Source: the human T2T-CHM13v2.0 reference genome, Homo sapiens | NCBI RefSeq assembly: GCF_009914755.1 | Contig: NC_060925.1 | Length of the DNA: 64,000 bases | Strand: one strand, 5' to 3' | Shown here: piece by piece, positions 14,970-29,100 of the stretch | Numbering within the stretch: position 1 is the first letter of the stretch | How the letters are laid out: the number at the start of each line of letters is the position of its first letter | Program-made: the position numbers and the translations under genes | The notes under the pieces: model-generated | What the model was told of the DNA's origin: nothing | The model's input: the letters and a program-made list of their open reading frames with translations, nothing else | The model's database searches: none

Positions 14970-15109
14970 GAGGCACTTTTTATGAAGAGCCACAGAGGTA
15001 GAAAGAAAACTCAGAGAGTATTGTCATTGAAAATAAAGACTTTCAGAAAGGAGAGAATAGCATGTCACAGAGAAAGAAAATTGAGTAAATATTAGTGATT
15101 GTGAAATGG

Positions 15110-15478
15110 TGATTTAGTCTGTTTTGTGCTGCTATTACAAAATACCTGAGACTGGATAATTTATAAAGAAAAGAAATTTATTTTCTCACAGTTCTGAGTG
15201 CTAGAAAGTCTAAGATTAAGGTGACAGCAGGTTGCATTTTCTGGTGAGTTCTGCATCATCCAGAGGGAAGGAACGCTGTGTCCTCACATGGTGGAAGGCT
15301 AAAGAGCAAGCCAGCTGAGTGAGGCAAGAAGATTCTTTAATAAAGGCCTTAATTCCATTCATGAGGGGACCAGCTCTCATGACCTTATCATCTCTAGAAA
15401 ACTCCACCTCTTCATACTATCACATTGCACTAAGTTTCAACATCTGAATTTTGGAGCGGACACATTCAGACTATAGCA
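15110..15478 (-). mobile_element. MaLR solo LTR (MSTD/MLT1A-like)
   Basis: ttagtctgttttgtgctgctattacaaaatacctgagactgg...cacattcagactatagca. Confidence 0.85.
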
Positions 15479-16140
15479 GATGAAGTTTTAATAGCAATAA
15501 TTAATGTTTAGCAACCAAGAAGTACCCTCATACTTCCCTGCTTGTTAATTTCTACCTTTCAGGTTCCCCAAGGGGTGGTACACAGAGGAATATCAAATAA
15601 TAACCAAATTGCAATTTTATTAAGGCCCAAGTCAATGTCATTAACACTCAATGCAGCTTTGGCGGGGATAGGTGGACCTCTGGTTTAGGCTCAAGGCATA
15701 AATGAGATTTTCTACCCTGTGTTTCCATCCCCGTTCCCCACTATGGGTCAAATCTAAAGCTTAGGATGTTACCTACCTGTGGTTTGCTGCATGATGAAAG
15801 GATGTCAACGTAAGATCTGACAGAGCCTCCTGGGGAAGGCCTGAATCCACTTATTTATCACGCCACATGGAGTAGGAAACAGAGCTCAGAGAAAGACTGT
15901 GTGCCTGTGTGACCCCAAGAATCCTATCTTTTGGCCATGGAAGCAACTCTGTCTCCTGAGCAGGTGGGGAGGTTCTTGAAAAACTAGGAACAAAGGCTGT
16001 CTGCTTCATCTTGTCCCTTTAGTAGGAGAAAGCAGATCCCTTCTGCACTCTAGGAACTTCACATACATACAGCTCGGACAATAGCACTTGAAAAATTACC
16101 ATCTTCTAAGAATAGACCCCTTCACTCATGAGGATGTCTT

Positions 16141-16308
16141 CTAGAGCAGTGCCATTCAATAGAATTTTCTGTGATGATGAAGATGCTATTTAAATCTGTC
16201 CTGTCCAGTACTGTAGTTACTATGTGAGGTCACTGAAGTTATTATTAGCATTTAAATTTAAATAGCCCCCTGTGGATAGTGGTGATCCTATTATACAGTG
16301 AAGCTCTA
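16141..16308. mobile_element. MER3-like hAT-Charlie MITE
   Basis: ctagagcagtgccattcaatagaattttctgtgatgatg...tacagtgaagctctag. Confidence 0.7.
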
Positions 16309-16457
16309 GGGATTTCAGGGAATTGTGAAATCTGCTGATACTTTCATGATAGTCTTGTTTTCTCTTTTCAGCCTCTCCATCTTTATTTGATTGATTATTC
16401 CTGGTTATTCTAGGTCTGCTCTTAAGGTATGGATTAATATTCATGTATAGCTGATAC

Positions 16458-16545
16458 AACTTATGGAGCCTCAGGTTCTCGATCTATGAAATGGGAATGC
16501 TAATAACAAGTGTTCCGTTGTGGAGATTAAATGACATAATTAAAC
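16458..16545 (-). mobile_element. MIR fragment
   Basis: gagcctcaggttctcgatctatgaaatgggaatgctaata. Confidence 0.6.
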
Positions 16546-16599
16546 CATAAGTTCCAAATATGCAAATGGCTTTCTTACTTAATTGCAAATTGTCAGGGT

Positions 16600-17265
16600 T
16601 TACCCAATGACTGTACCACCATTGTATCTTAGAGGTAAATAACTTGTTTTTCATCTTACAGGCTCATAGCTGAAAGGAACTTACCTTGAGTCTCTAATGA
16701 GACTTTGGACTTTAGACTTTTGAGATGATGCTGGAATGAGTTAAGACTTTTGGGACTATTGGGAAAGGATGATTGTATTTTGCAATGTGAGAAGAACATG
16801 AGTTTGCTAGGGGGGGCAGGAGTGGAATGCTATGGTTTGGATATAATTTGTTTGTCCCCACCAAATCACATGTTGAAATTTAATCCCCAGTGTAGCGATG
16901 TTGGGTGGTGGGGCCTAGTGGGAAGTATTTGGGTCACAGGAGTGGATCGTTCATGAATATATCAACGCCCTTCCACTCTGGAGTGGTGAGTTCTCACTAT
17001 GTTAGTTCCCATGTGAGCTGGTTGTTAAAACAATCCTCGCTTCTCCCTGCCCTGCCCTCCTCTCTTAGCGTGCAGCCTCTGCACACACCAGCTCCTCTTC
17101 GCCATCCACCACGAGTGGAAGCAGCCTGAAGGTTTTATCAGATGCAGATGCCCAATCTTGAACTTTCCAGCCATCCAGAATCATAAAACAAATAAACCTT
17201 CTTTTTCTTTATAAATTACCCAACCTCCAGTATTCCTTTATAGCAAAACAAAACAGACTAAGACA
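16600..17265 (+). mobile_element. MST-family MaLR: 3' end of internal region with PPT, plus LTR (16828-17265)
   Basis: gagactttggactttagacttttgag...; PPT ggggggcaggagtggaa; LTR tgctatggtttgg...cagactaagaca. Confidence 0.88.
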
Positions 17266-17414
17266 GTCAGTTTTCTGCATTGATTTTTGTGATTCAGGGT
17301 TCCAGCCCTCTGGTGCCATCAATAAATCACTATTCCCAAGTTAAAGCAAATCCCCATGAGCACTGGGGATGTGCAGATAGTGAGTGGTGGTGATGGTGAG
17401 GTGCAACCACGATC

Positions 17415-17804
<390 letters not shown>

Positions 17805-18221
17805 TAGTTTTCATTCTACCAACAGGCCTCCGGGCTCTGGCTTCCTGAAGGGTAGGAGTGATATATACAAAGACGTCAAGTGGGTGAAAAAAAACTCCAC
17901 CTGTCCCCTCAGAACGTGGAGAACCTCTTTAAAGTTATGGGGCTGAAGACTGATGGCATCCACTTATCAGAGCTCCCCCAGGTATGAAAGGAGTAGAAGA
18001 TTTTTCAGGGTGGGGCATTAATGAATTTTCAGAAATAAAGAAATAATTGATTAGTAATGGTTCTACTCAACAGGCACTGTTTACTAACACCACAATCCTA
18101 CATATTCCTAAAGCTGAGGATGAACAAAAGTTCATTACTTTGAGACTCTAATTTAGACAAAACTTGAAGCAAATCAGTGATGAAAGAAATCCTGCTAGCT
18201 CAGCAATCTTCCTGTGGTACT

Positions 18222-18280
18222 TGTGTGTGTGTGTGTTTGTGTGTGTATGCGTGTGTATATTTGTGTGTGTGTGTGTGTGT
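18222..18280. repeat. Interrupted (TG)n microsatellite
   Basis: Seen directly. Confidence 0.9.
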
Positions 18281-18756
18281 TTTCACTGTCCCCACGGTGG
18301 GACTACCTTGACCTCTGAGAGCTAAATCCTTTTAGCATGGCTAAATGATAGGTCCCTGGATGAGTCCAGTGGCCTTGTTCAAAGCTGGTTTCTTTGCTTC
18401 ATTGGCCTATAGTGAAGTTCCTGGAGAACACAATGAAGTCTCTGAAGTATTCTTTTGCCTTGAGAAATACACTTATTCACATATTCCAGCTCCATTTAGA
18501 CCTGGAACAGACTTTAGAAATGATCCAAATCATTTTCTCTCCTATGGAGCTGATGGTTATAGGGATTATTAGTGAAACGTTCAGGGCCAGACCCCAGGGT
18601 TCTTGCCACGCAGTAGTCAGTCTTTGGTGACTTGGGGATTGAGTTTCCCCTTCCTGTTTTCTTTTCCCCTTTGCTTTTTCCTGTTTATTCAAACATGAAG
18701 TCTTCATTATAGAAAAATTGGAATGTATAGAGAAGCATTAAGAAAAAAAGATAAGT

Positions 18757-18932
18757 AGGAGGAAGGGGAGGAAAATGGAAAAAAACGAGGAGAGGGAGGA
18801 GAAGGAAAGGAGGAGGAAGAGAAGGAGAGAGACATAAGGAAGGAGGAGGAAGAGGAGGGAAAGAGAAAGATGAAGGAGGAGGAGGATGAGAGAGAGGTGG
18901 TGGTGGTGATGGAGGAGGAAGAGGAGGAAGGC
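18757..18932. repeat. Purine-rich (GGA/GAA) low-complexity tract
   Basis: Seen directly. Confidence 0.9.
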
Positions 18933-19859
18933 AAACAGAGTTGGAAATTCCCTGGTGTTTCTTAGCAGATGTGTTACAAAGAAAAAATATTTCCCTTGTG
19001 AACCCAAAGGAGGTGGGGGCGATGGTTTCTCTTGATTCTCCTTGCTGGAATGAGATGATTTCCACTTGGCACACTTGTAGGGGTGTCCCACATGGAGGGA
19101 CTATGCATAAATCTGTGTAGTGCTGGGGTAGAACGTACCATCCCAGGGTGCATGGGTTAAAGGCCTTAGGACAGGCCAGCAGGAGGACCCTACTCTGTCC
19201 TGGTGCTGTCATGGGCACGGACCTTTGGTGCTAGGATTGGAGGCAGGTTGCATCGCTGCCTGTGGCCAGCTTGGGACACCCTTATGTTCTCATGCCTCCA
19301 AGTGGTCAGGGCAAAATAAGCAGGTCTTGACGCGCAGATTTGTTCACTCAAGTAAGTCACCATGTGGAAACGTCCCTGGAAGCAGAGGAGTTACCTGCGG
19401 AGTAGGCTTGTGTTCTGTTCTTAGGTGTGCTGGTGCCTGGAATACTTGGGACAACACGTTTGGTTGGTGTCTAACGTCTAATGCTCTCTTCTCTGCTTGT
19501 GATGATCATCTACTAGTGTGAATAGATTTGCACAAAATCACCCACAGTTTCAAATAGCCTCTCTCTTGCCCAGGTTTTTGCAAGCTGGCCATGACATAGA
19601 GGAAGACTAGCCAGCTCCAACACTCAGTCTGTCTTTGATCTTGGACCCAATGTCTCAGGGTTCTAGTTAGCTGAATAAAGCATTCACACACTTAACGACA
19701 AGTGTGGGTTCACACACCTCACTTTTCTGCTACCCCTCTCTATTATTTATTATGGATGGTTATTCCCTTAGTTGTGAAAAGTAGGATTTATCTCCGCCAT
19801 TCCCCAAGGTAAACAACTCGGAGATTCATTCCTAGGGGCACTCTCAGTTCCCCCACCAT

Positions 19860-20250
19860 CCTCATTTGCTTACCAGACTCAAGATGCACTGATCTTCTTT
19901 CATATCCTCAACACCAGACTCCTTTCTGCCTCTGAGCATTTGCACGTGCTGTTCCCTCTTCCTGGAAGGACTGCTCTCTGTATCCCTCTTCTGTGCATTC
20001 TAATCTCTTGCTGCAGTGTAAGTATTAATTACTTTCAGGAAAGTCTTCGCCCACATTCTCAGACTTGGCCAAGTCTTCATTTGCATGCCTCTGTTGATTA
20101 GCTTTGTATCACTTCTCACTGAGAAGGAAATAAATGAATATTGTTAATTTTTTGTTTGTCTCAGATATTTTCAACAGTGGTGCCTTTGCAGCACAGATCT
20201 GCCTGTCTTCCTCTCTCTTATGCCCAGTGCTTAGCCCTGGGTCTAGCAGG
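19860..20250 (+). mobile_element. L2 fragments
   Basis: gcatttgcacgtgctgttccctcttcctggaa; cccagtgcttagccctgggtctagc. Confidence 0.5.
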
Positions 20251-20355
20251 TACTCACAGTCACTGGGATGGAGGTACCTATGGTAGGGGGGCAGGAGGTA
20301 GCCACAGCTCTCTGATCTTCCTCTATGACACATCAGTAGGTCTGCTCTACCTTGA

Positions 20356-20755
<400 letters not shown>

Positions 20756-21267
20756 TTAAAACCTCTTAATGCCTAGATGATGTAGCTGAAGAAAACTGTA
20801 CTTGACACAAGACAGGGATGTCCAGCCTTGTGTTCATTAAGCCTCTTTTTCCTTATAATAATTCTAATGCCTTACTTTGCGTAACAGACTTGATCTGGTT
20901 TCTAAAACTATTTCATGAACATTAGTTTATTTTATTTACATAAATATAAGTCTTTCACAAGTGTCGTCTGAATCCCAGAAAGCAATGCTGCTTTTATTGA
21001 CCAGAAAAGTCTTACAGGGAGAAGGCAGGGGTAGAAAGACTGGAGAGTTGGCAAGGGGCTTAGGCTGTGGTAGCTTCCACCAGAACCTCGGGATGTCCCT
21101 TTGGTTCTCTCAACCGTATCTGAACTGACACTGGACTCTGGCGAATTTGTGCCAACAATATGTTCATTCTTAGTTGAATATGCAGGGAATGTGCCTTTGC
21201 CAAGGTGTTCCCTGTTACAGAGGTCAGACTGTACATTCTCAATGTTATTCGTGGCAATAGCAACAAT

Positions 21268-21450
21268 AGATACTGTTCCTGGGCACTTCACAGTGATTAT
21301 TTCACTTAATCTTCACTACAGCTCTGACAGGGGAGTGGTATTATCCCAATTTTCCATATGAGGAAACTGAAACAAAACAAAGCTAAATAATTTGCCCAAA
21401 GATCCATGGTTAGTAAGCAGCAGAGGCAGGATCCTAACCCAGGTCTTAAA
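21268..21450 (+). mobile_element. MIR
   Basis: attatcccaattttccatatgaggaaactga...aatttgcccaaag...ggatcctaacccaggtct. Confidence 0.75.
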
Positions 21451-21749
21451 TCCTCTAAACTTACAAACTCCTCCCTGGCCTCACAGCTTCCCACTGGATC
21501 TTCTCTTTTTTGCTATTTTCGTCCCATTCCTCAGGAGCTTCCTCCTGGACTATTCCTGGAAAGTCCAAATTCTTCTTTCTTACTTTTCTTTTTTCTTTTT
21601 TTTAAATGTGTATACATCTTGTTTCTTTACTAAGCAAAGCTGAGCAGACCCTGCAAGAATCTCAGGAAAACAAGAGGACTCTCCTGTCATAGATCCCTCT
21701 GCTTTAGAAAGCAATTGTGGTAGTTTATAGTGTGGTTGTTATTTTTCTC

Positions 21750-22215
<466 letters not shown>

Positions 22216-24074
22216 TTCTTTGCTATCCTCTTATGCATAATCTTGAAATGGCCCAGAAATTCTAATATTTATATTTCTAAATCCTGTTCCCCTCAATGGA
22301 CACCTGCCCTTGGGAGCTATACAAAAATCCTTTTTCAGACCACATGTCTTGAGTTTTGGTTAGAGAAACAAGGTCAAAGACAAGAAGCTTTGTGTCCAGA
22401 CTCTCCCAGGAATGAGCTGATATTCCTCCCTGTTCTTCTTTAGCGGTGAATTTCTCCATTTGGCAGGTGCCCCAGCAGGAATGATGGCTGGTGGTCTGGA
22501 GTGGCCTTCAGCCCCTTGGTGAGCCAGGCTAATTGCAGCTTCAAGGGAGTGCAGCCCTTTCTGAGTGAGCAGATATAAAAGCCACAGAGGCAAACAGGCA
22601 GCTGCTACTCTTTATTTTATTTTTATTTTATAGCAGTCTGGAGGCTTTAGTGGAGAGGGCAGGACTCAGGAAAGAGAACACATGATGGGCACTAATGGGA
22701 CCACTAAGGTGCCTCCAGACTTTGTATTTCCTCTCTTGTGGTTTAGCTTCTGCTGTTGGGTTCTCACAGCCCAGAAGCCACGACTCAGCAGGGGTTACTC
22801 TCTCAGCACAGCCCTTTCTTGGTGAGGGTGAGTTCAGCTATGGGGAGACGCTCCTTACATTTTGTGATACTTGTGGACGCTGCCTGACAGATGTTCAATC
22901 AGCATTTCCAGCAGGCTGAGTAAGGAGCTTGTGCTGAGAAATGGCTTCAACACACCAAGCACCCAGTCCAGCCCCACACAGCAGGCCATCCTTCCCTGGC
23001 CTCTTCTTCCCTCACCTTTTTTCAGATCCAGGGGAGCTGGAGAGCCAGTCAGCCAGGGAAACAGTCATCTGAGTCATGTAATTCCTCTATTTGGCAATTA
23101 TAGGGATGATATTCCCAGAAAGGCTTGCAGAGACACCAGTCATACATTTACCTTAAACTGCATGGCCATGTGCAAACAGCAGAAAATCCACTGGAAATCA
23201 TAATTTTATCATGGTTTTGGTTTCTATTTTTAAATGAAGAATAGTTCAATTATTCGAAGGATTTAAATGAAGAATAGTTCAACAGTCATCGTCTCCCTTG
23301 CTCTCCTATAACAATACAGGCAGCTTCAATATGTGTCAAAAATGTAACCCAAGTCCCTGGTATGCTTTCTACGCCAGATTATTTACACTGTGGGTGATAG
23401 AAAACATCCACTTAAGAGTTAATGCCTGAAAGACAGGTCCATCCAGTGGGTCTTTCTTAGAGTTGAGGGCATTAAGGAGCAAGAGCCCTACTTAGACTAA
23501 AACGTGGAGCGTGCAGTAACCTCTCGAAGGTGACATCTTGAAAAAGACATGGCGGCCTTGGAAAGTTATCACAAAGTGATAACTGCCCTCTGGTTTTGAT
23601 CCCTGCAGTCTAATCATGGATTGGAAATATCTGTGGATGTCAATGCTTGCAGACCAATGGCCTGTGAGAAGAATCAGGCACAGTGGTCACATATTCTGGA
23701 TTCCCAGAATAGTCCCATTGTGGTAAACTGTTCAGTAAAAGTTGTTCACAAAATATGGAAGTAAGGTTCAATTTGTCCTCATGAGAACTTTCAAACGAGA
23801 AAAAATACACCAAAAATATAATGTTCTTAGACCACTGGGTTGTATTTTCAGTTTCAGTAGGTCCAAGTCTGACAGGTGAGGGAACAGCTGTTGCCTGGGC
23901 TCTGGATGGAGAGGGGCGATGTGGGTTGCCTGGGAGCCATCCCAGAAATCTTTTTGAATGAAGCAGGTTTAAGATTCATTAGAATGACATTGCGGCAAGC
24001 AAGGTGGAGGTCAGGCCCAGCCCAGGGAAAGTATGAGCCACATCCCTGAACTGACTTCCAGCTGGCCCTGCTGA

Positions 24075-24566
<492 letters not shown>

Positions 24567-25195
24567 TAGGATCTGTTTTATACATAAGTACAACCCAATA
24601 TTCTCCTGATCATTCAGCCTTTCCAGGAACATCCAAGGGAGGGAGCCCCTTACATCACAAGTGAACAAACTTCAAAGATTTGATGACAGTATTTGAAGAG
24701 GAGTTCAAGCAGACATTCGGAGATGAGGAGGAGTAATAGGAAGCATGGTTAATAAACCTCTGAAAAGAGATTCAAAATATGTATTTTGTAAAGCAGGGTC
24801 GTCGCAGTAAACAAGGTAAAATACACATCTGAAAAGAGATTGAGATATATTTGAAAAAAAGAGAGTCACAATATTTGAGCTGAAGGGCACAGGGGATGGA
24901 GAGAGTATTTACCAGGTTTGTTCATTGATTGTGGGGGAATGGGGTGCTGCTGTCTCTCATCAGTCCCACCTCTTGGGATGTACAAATCCACACATGTATA
25001 CCTGCTTATTTATTAAGGTATAGTGACACCTTTCCAAGGATTGTGATTGTTACTTTTGTGATAAGTGACTCTAGAGGGTATGAAAATGGTGACAGGCAGT
25101 GAAGGAGGGCTTTGGGTGGGCTGCTGAAGACAAGAACTGTGATGAGGCTCACATTTAGGACCTGAGCTCCCCCCACCCTTTTCTGAAAAGTGGGC

Positions 25196-25395
25196 TTTTT
25201 TTTTTTTTTTTTTAAGAGCAGTTTTAGGTTTGCACAAAATTAAGCAGAAAGCACAGGAAGTTCCGGTACACCTTCGGTCCCCCACAAACGCACAGGCTTG
25301 TTCATTGTCACAGTGATGCACTGGTTACAGTCCATAAACCTGCATTGACACGTCATTATTACCCAGACTCCATAGTTTTCATTAGAGCTCATTCT
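25196..25395 (-). mobile_element. L1MC-like 3' end
   Basis: Poly-T then agagcagttttaggtttgcacaaaattaagcagaaag...gacacgtcattattaccc. Confidence 0.7.
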
Positions 25396-26094
25396 AACCT
25401 CCTTATTTTTCATAAGGGGTATAAGGGGCAAGCTCAATACCAGGGTCTGCACCAGGTCCCTTTCCTCTTGCATCTTTCCAGTTTCCCTTTTCTAAAGCCC
25501 TTATGCTCCCAACAGTTCACTCAGTGCCTATGCCCCATGGTGTCTGAGATCCCCATTTTATGGCCTGCACTGTCAGGGCACGTCAGGGTTTGCTGTTGTT
25601 GTTTTCAGCTTCCTCCCCACATCAGAGCTTTTTATTACATCTTCTTTTCCTGGGAAGAAGTTCAGTGCTTTTCAAGGTCACATCTAGTTATTTATACTCA
25701 AATATGAGCTAAGGTGATAATGAGGAGTATTGGAGGCAAGAGAAAGGCATGGGAGACAAAGCTCATCCAAAGGAAGCATCCTCAAATTCTGTGAATTTCA
25801 AAAAGCAGGCTTGAGCAAGCCAGAGGGGTAGATATGTCTGGGCCGGCTGGCTTCGGAGTACCTTTCAAGTCGTACCAGATAGGAGACCACCTGTTCTACG
25901 TGTGCAGAGTGAGCCCTGCATTTTCCATCACTATCATTTTCTTCACTATTTTAGACTTAAAATGCAAGAAGTAGGATTGTCTGGAAGTAATCTCTCTCCC
26001 TCCCTCTCTCTTTTCTTCCTTCTTTCCTTCATTTCACAGGTGGGAAGATTAACAAAAAGCTCAATTCAGGTGTCCTGGGTTGTAGCTCTTCAGG

Positions 26095-26594
26095 CAGTGG
26101 TGTTGTGGTGATGTTTAACAACCGGTTTGCTGAAAAAAAAAGTAAGTTTACAAGTTTGTTATGGATTTTACTGATTTAAAGGGTGTGTGGCATACAAGTT
26201 ATTACTAACAAAATACATAACATAATTCATTATAAATTCCAAGTAGCCGATTGACTCACAAAATGCTTTTGTTACTTTTTGCTGCTTTCATATATCCACA
26301 GCCAACCTATGGCTACAATCCCATTGTGATATGACAAATAAAGATGTACTCTTCAATCTTCTAAATCTTTTCCCAATAAAGTCATTGTCATTACATCTGT
26401 AATGTAGTCTACAGTTTATTTACTATTTATCACTCTGTTACAAATTACAATCATTAAACTGAGACATCTCTCAGTCCTACTAATATTTATAATGTATTTT
26501 CCTAAATAATAATTTGGTTAAGAACTGGCTTGCAAAATTCCTGACAATTTAACAACTGGCTATTGTGAGCAAAGCCAGCTCCAGCACACCTCTG
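26095..26594 (-). mobile_element. MER63-like hAT-Blackjack DNA transposon
   Basis: Ends cagtggtgttgtggtgatgtttaacaaccgg / ttgcaaaattcctgacaatttaacaactggct...ctccagcacacctctg. Confidence 0.72.
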
Positions 26595-27549
26595 CCTTTG
26601 GGGCTGGCAGCCACCTGGCTTGGTTCTCTTCACATCTTCTGCAGAACAGAGCTCGAATGTAGGACTTAGTAGCCAGAAGCAGGAATGATGTTTGCTCTCT
26701 GTGGTGCCAGGCCATGGGAAGTCTGCCGACATCTCCATAGCCTTACATTCTGAGACTCCTGGAAAGCACCTAACAGAACACACGGGGGCCTCTGGTTAAG
26801 AACTTGAGCCTCTTTATGAAGTGACACCACCTCTCACCTGCCATGTCCTTTATTTCCCAGCTCAGGCAGAGATGCTAAACCCTCTCCTTGAGGAGAAAGC
26901 ATGGCTGGGAAGGGGAGAAGGTAGGAATTTAAAGCAAGTGCTTTTCGGAGTATTTTCTTCAAGCCTCATGTCTTTCTACACACCTGCTTGGCACAGCGTT
27001 AGTCATACGGACAGGGTGACTCTTCATGGATTGGCAGGACAATCACCACCCAGCCCCAGCCCATTTTCTGCCCTTCAGTCATTATTCTTCACCATCTAAA
27101 TCTGGTTTGCCATGAAAACCAGTTCTGGGAGGTAAGAGTTTTTTTAAAAACCAGCAAGGCCTGTAAATAACATCAACACACACTGGGAAGAGGGAAGGAG
27201 AAGGGACCCAGATAGCAGTTTTAACTCTTTGTTTATTAATTTCTCATCTAGGAACTTGTAATTCTATATCTGCTTCAAGCGGAAGAAGCATAGTCTTCCC
27301 TGAGACTTCACTAAAGAGCACATGATTTCCACTTTCAGATTTTCTATTGATTTGGCAGAGTCAATTGTCCTAATGCCGAGTTTTGTGTTTTTGCCAGTCG
27401 GGTGGCAGTGAGTTGCATTTAATTTCTAGTATTGTTAATACTCTCATTATTATACTACAGCTTGAATAAGAATGAGTAGGAGACAGAGCAGGAATGTGTG
27501 TGCCAAGGAAAGCCATTTAAAAAAAATCCAGTTTTTTTTTTAATCGGGA

Positions 27550-27880
27550 TTATTTTTTAAGGTAAAATTCACATATCATATAAGTCACCATTTTAACCAT
27601 TTTAAATTGTATAAATAAGTGGCATTTAGTACATTTACAATGTTGTGCAAACATCATCACTATCTAGTTCCAGAAACCCTGTACCCATTAAGCAGCAGTC
27701 ACTCCCCAGCCCCCTCTCTCCCTCCAGGCCCTGGCAACCACTAATCTGCTTTCTGTTTCTACGGATTTGCCTATTGTGGACATTTCATATAAATGGAATT
27801 ACACAATATGTGGCCTTTTGTGTCTGGGTTCTTTCACTTTCGTAATGCCTCCAAACTTCATCCATGTTATAGCATGTATT
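27550..27880 (-). mobile_element. L1MB-like 3' end
   Basis: ccctggcaaccactaatctgctttctgtttct...ggacatttcatataaatggaat. Confidence 0.85.
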
Positions 27881-28671
27881 GTAAGTTACTTTTTAATTAA
27901 AAAAAATTAAAAAAAAATTAAAGAAGGGGAAAATGTCACAGGCCAGCTTCACGTGGCTGAATATCATCCCCTTCTACCCAATTTTACTTGACAGGCTGTG
28001 AAATAATTGCCATTGCAAACCTCTGACTGGGTGCCTTATCCAGATCCCAAGGAAATGGGCAAAGGGGACTAAAAAAAATAAAGTCCATCTGTTCCAGGTG
28101 AACTATTTCTTAAGTTTTAGTTACATTTTGATTTGTAGCTGCTTGTGGACTTATGTTAGCATTGTGTTAACAAGATCTTGGTTTAGTAATAACTGACCTA
28201 GTATAGTGTCTCTTTAATTGCTTTTGTTTTCCCATAGTTTCAGGAAAGTAAAATACAGTCTTGGTAATGCAGAAATAAAGGTTACAAACGAAAACCTATG
28301 ACCTGATCAGAGATGAAAAAAAATAATGAAGGTTTCTCTTAATTCGAGGGTAGAATTTCAGTGACTTTACCACCTTAGTAAAACAAGCTCTCCATTCTTG
28401 ACAGTTCTGTCAAGGGAATAATATAATGAGAATGTTTGTCTAAACCTTTTCTGGGTTCTCTGTGCCTCATCACTAAAGTCTACAACAGGAAAAACAAAGT
28501 CGTTTATGAGGTTCCTGCCTATCCTTCTATTGTCACTTTTTCTTTAAGCTTCTTACTGGACCGCAAACTCTTTGGGGGAAGGATGTATGTCTGATTCATG
28601 TAACCCAAATCTTTGACCATTCAAAGGCCCTCATCTGTGTAATGATAGGACTTCGGATAGAATCTTTTTAT

Positions 28672-29100
28672 GTTGCCGTATTAGAGAAATTAATGTTAGT
28701 TGCAGTAACAAACAACCTCAAAATCTCAGTGGTTTAACACAATAAATGTTTATTCTTTGCTCCCATCACAACTCAAAACAGTTCTGGCAGCTCCCCTCTA
28801 AGTGATGACTCAGGGATTCAGGCTTCTTCTATCAATGGAGCTTGCTGTCTTCTACAGCCTTTTTGGAGTCCTCTGCATATCATCTGAATTGAGCTGACCA
28901 GCAAACAAAGAGAGATTAAGCAGAGGATGCATGCAGATTTTAGGGTCCAGACATTAAAGTGTCTACACCCCTATATTGAAGGGTCTACATCCCTTCCAGT
29001 CATGTTCCCTTGGCCAATGCAAGGGAATGGAAGATGTAGTCATCTGTGTGCTCAGCGGAGGAAAAGGATATTGTTGAGCATCTAGCCAATCTCTTCTATA
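28672..29100 (-). mobile_element. Old MLT1 (I/J-like) LTR
   Basis: gcagtaacaaacaacctcaaaatctcagtggtttaacacaataaatgtttatt...gactcagggattcaggct. Confidence 0.7.

Larger units (their letters stand above)
13400..15105 (-). mobile_element. L2 fragment split by FRAM and RPLP0 retrocopy (pieces ~13400-13700 and ~14982-15105)
   Basis: gggacatccaagaggtgatatg..., ggggaatatcaacatttaaaggg..., cagaggtagaaagaaaactcagagagtattgtca. Confidence 0.55.

Noticed and set aside
18685-19218. 177-aa proline-rich ORF
   Set aside because: Antisense reading of the GGA-rich low-complexity tract
22560-22650. TATA-like gatataaaag and a nearby acceptor-like tttttatag
   Set aside because: Short motifs expected by chance; no CpG island or exon chain to support them
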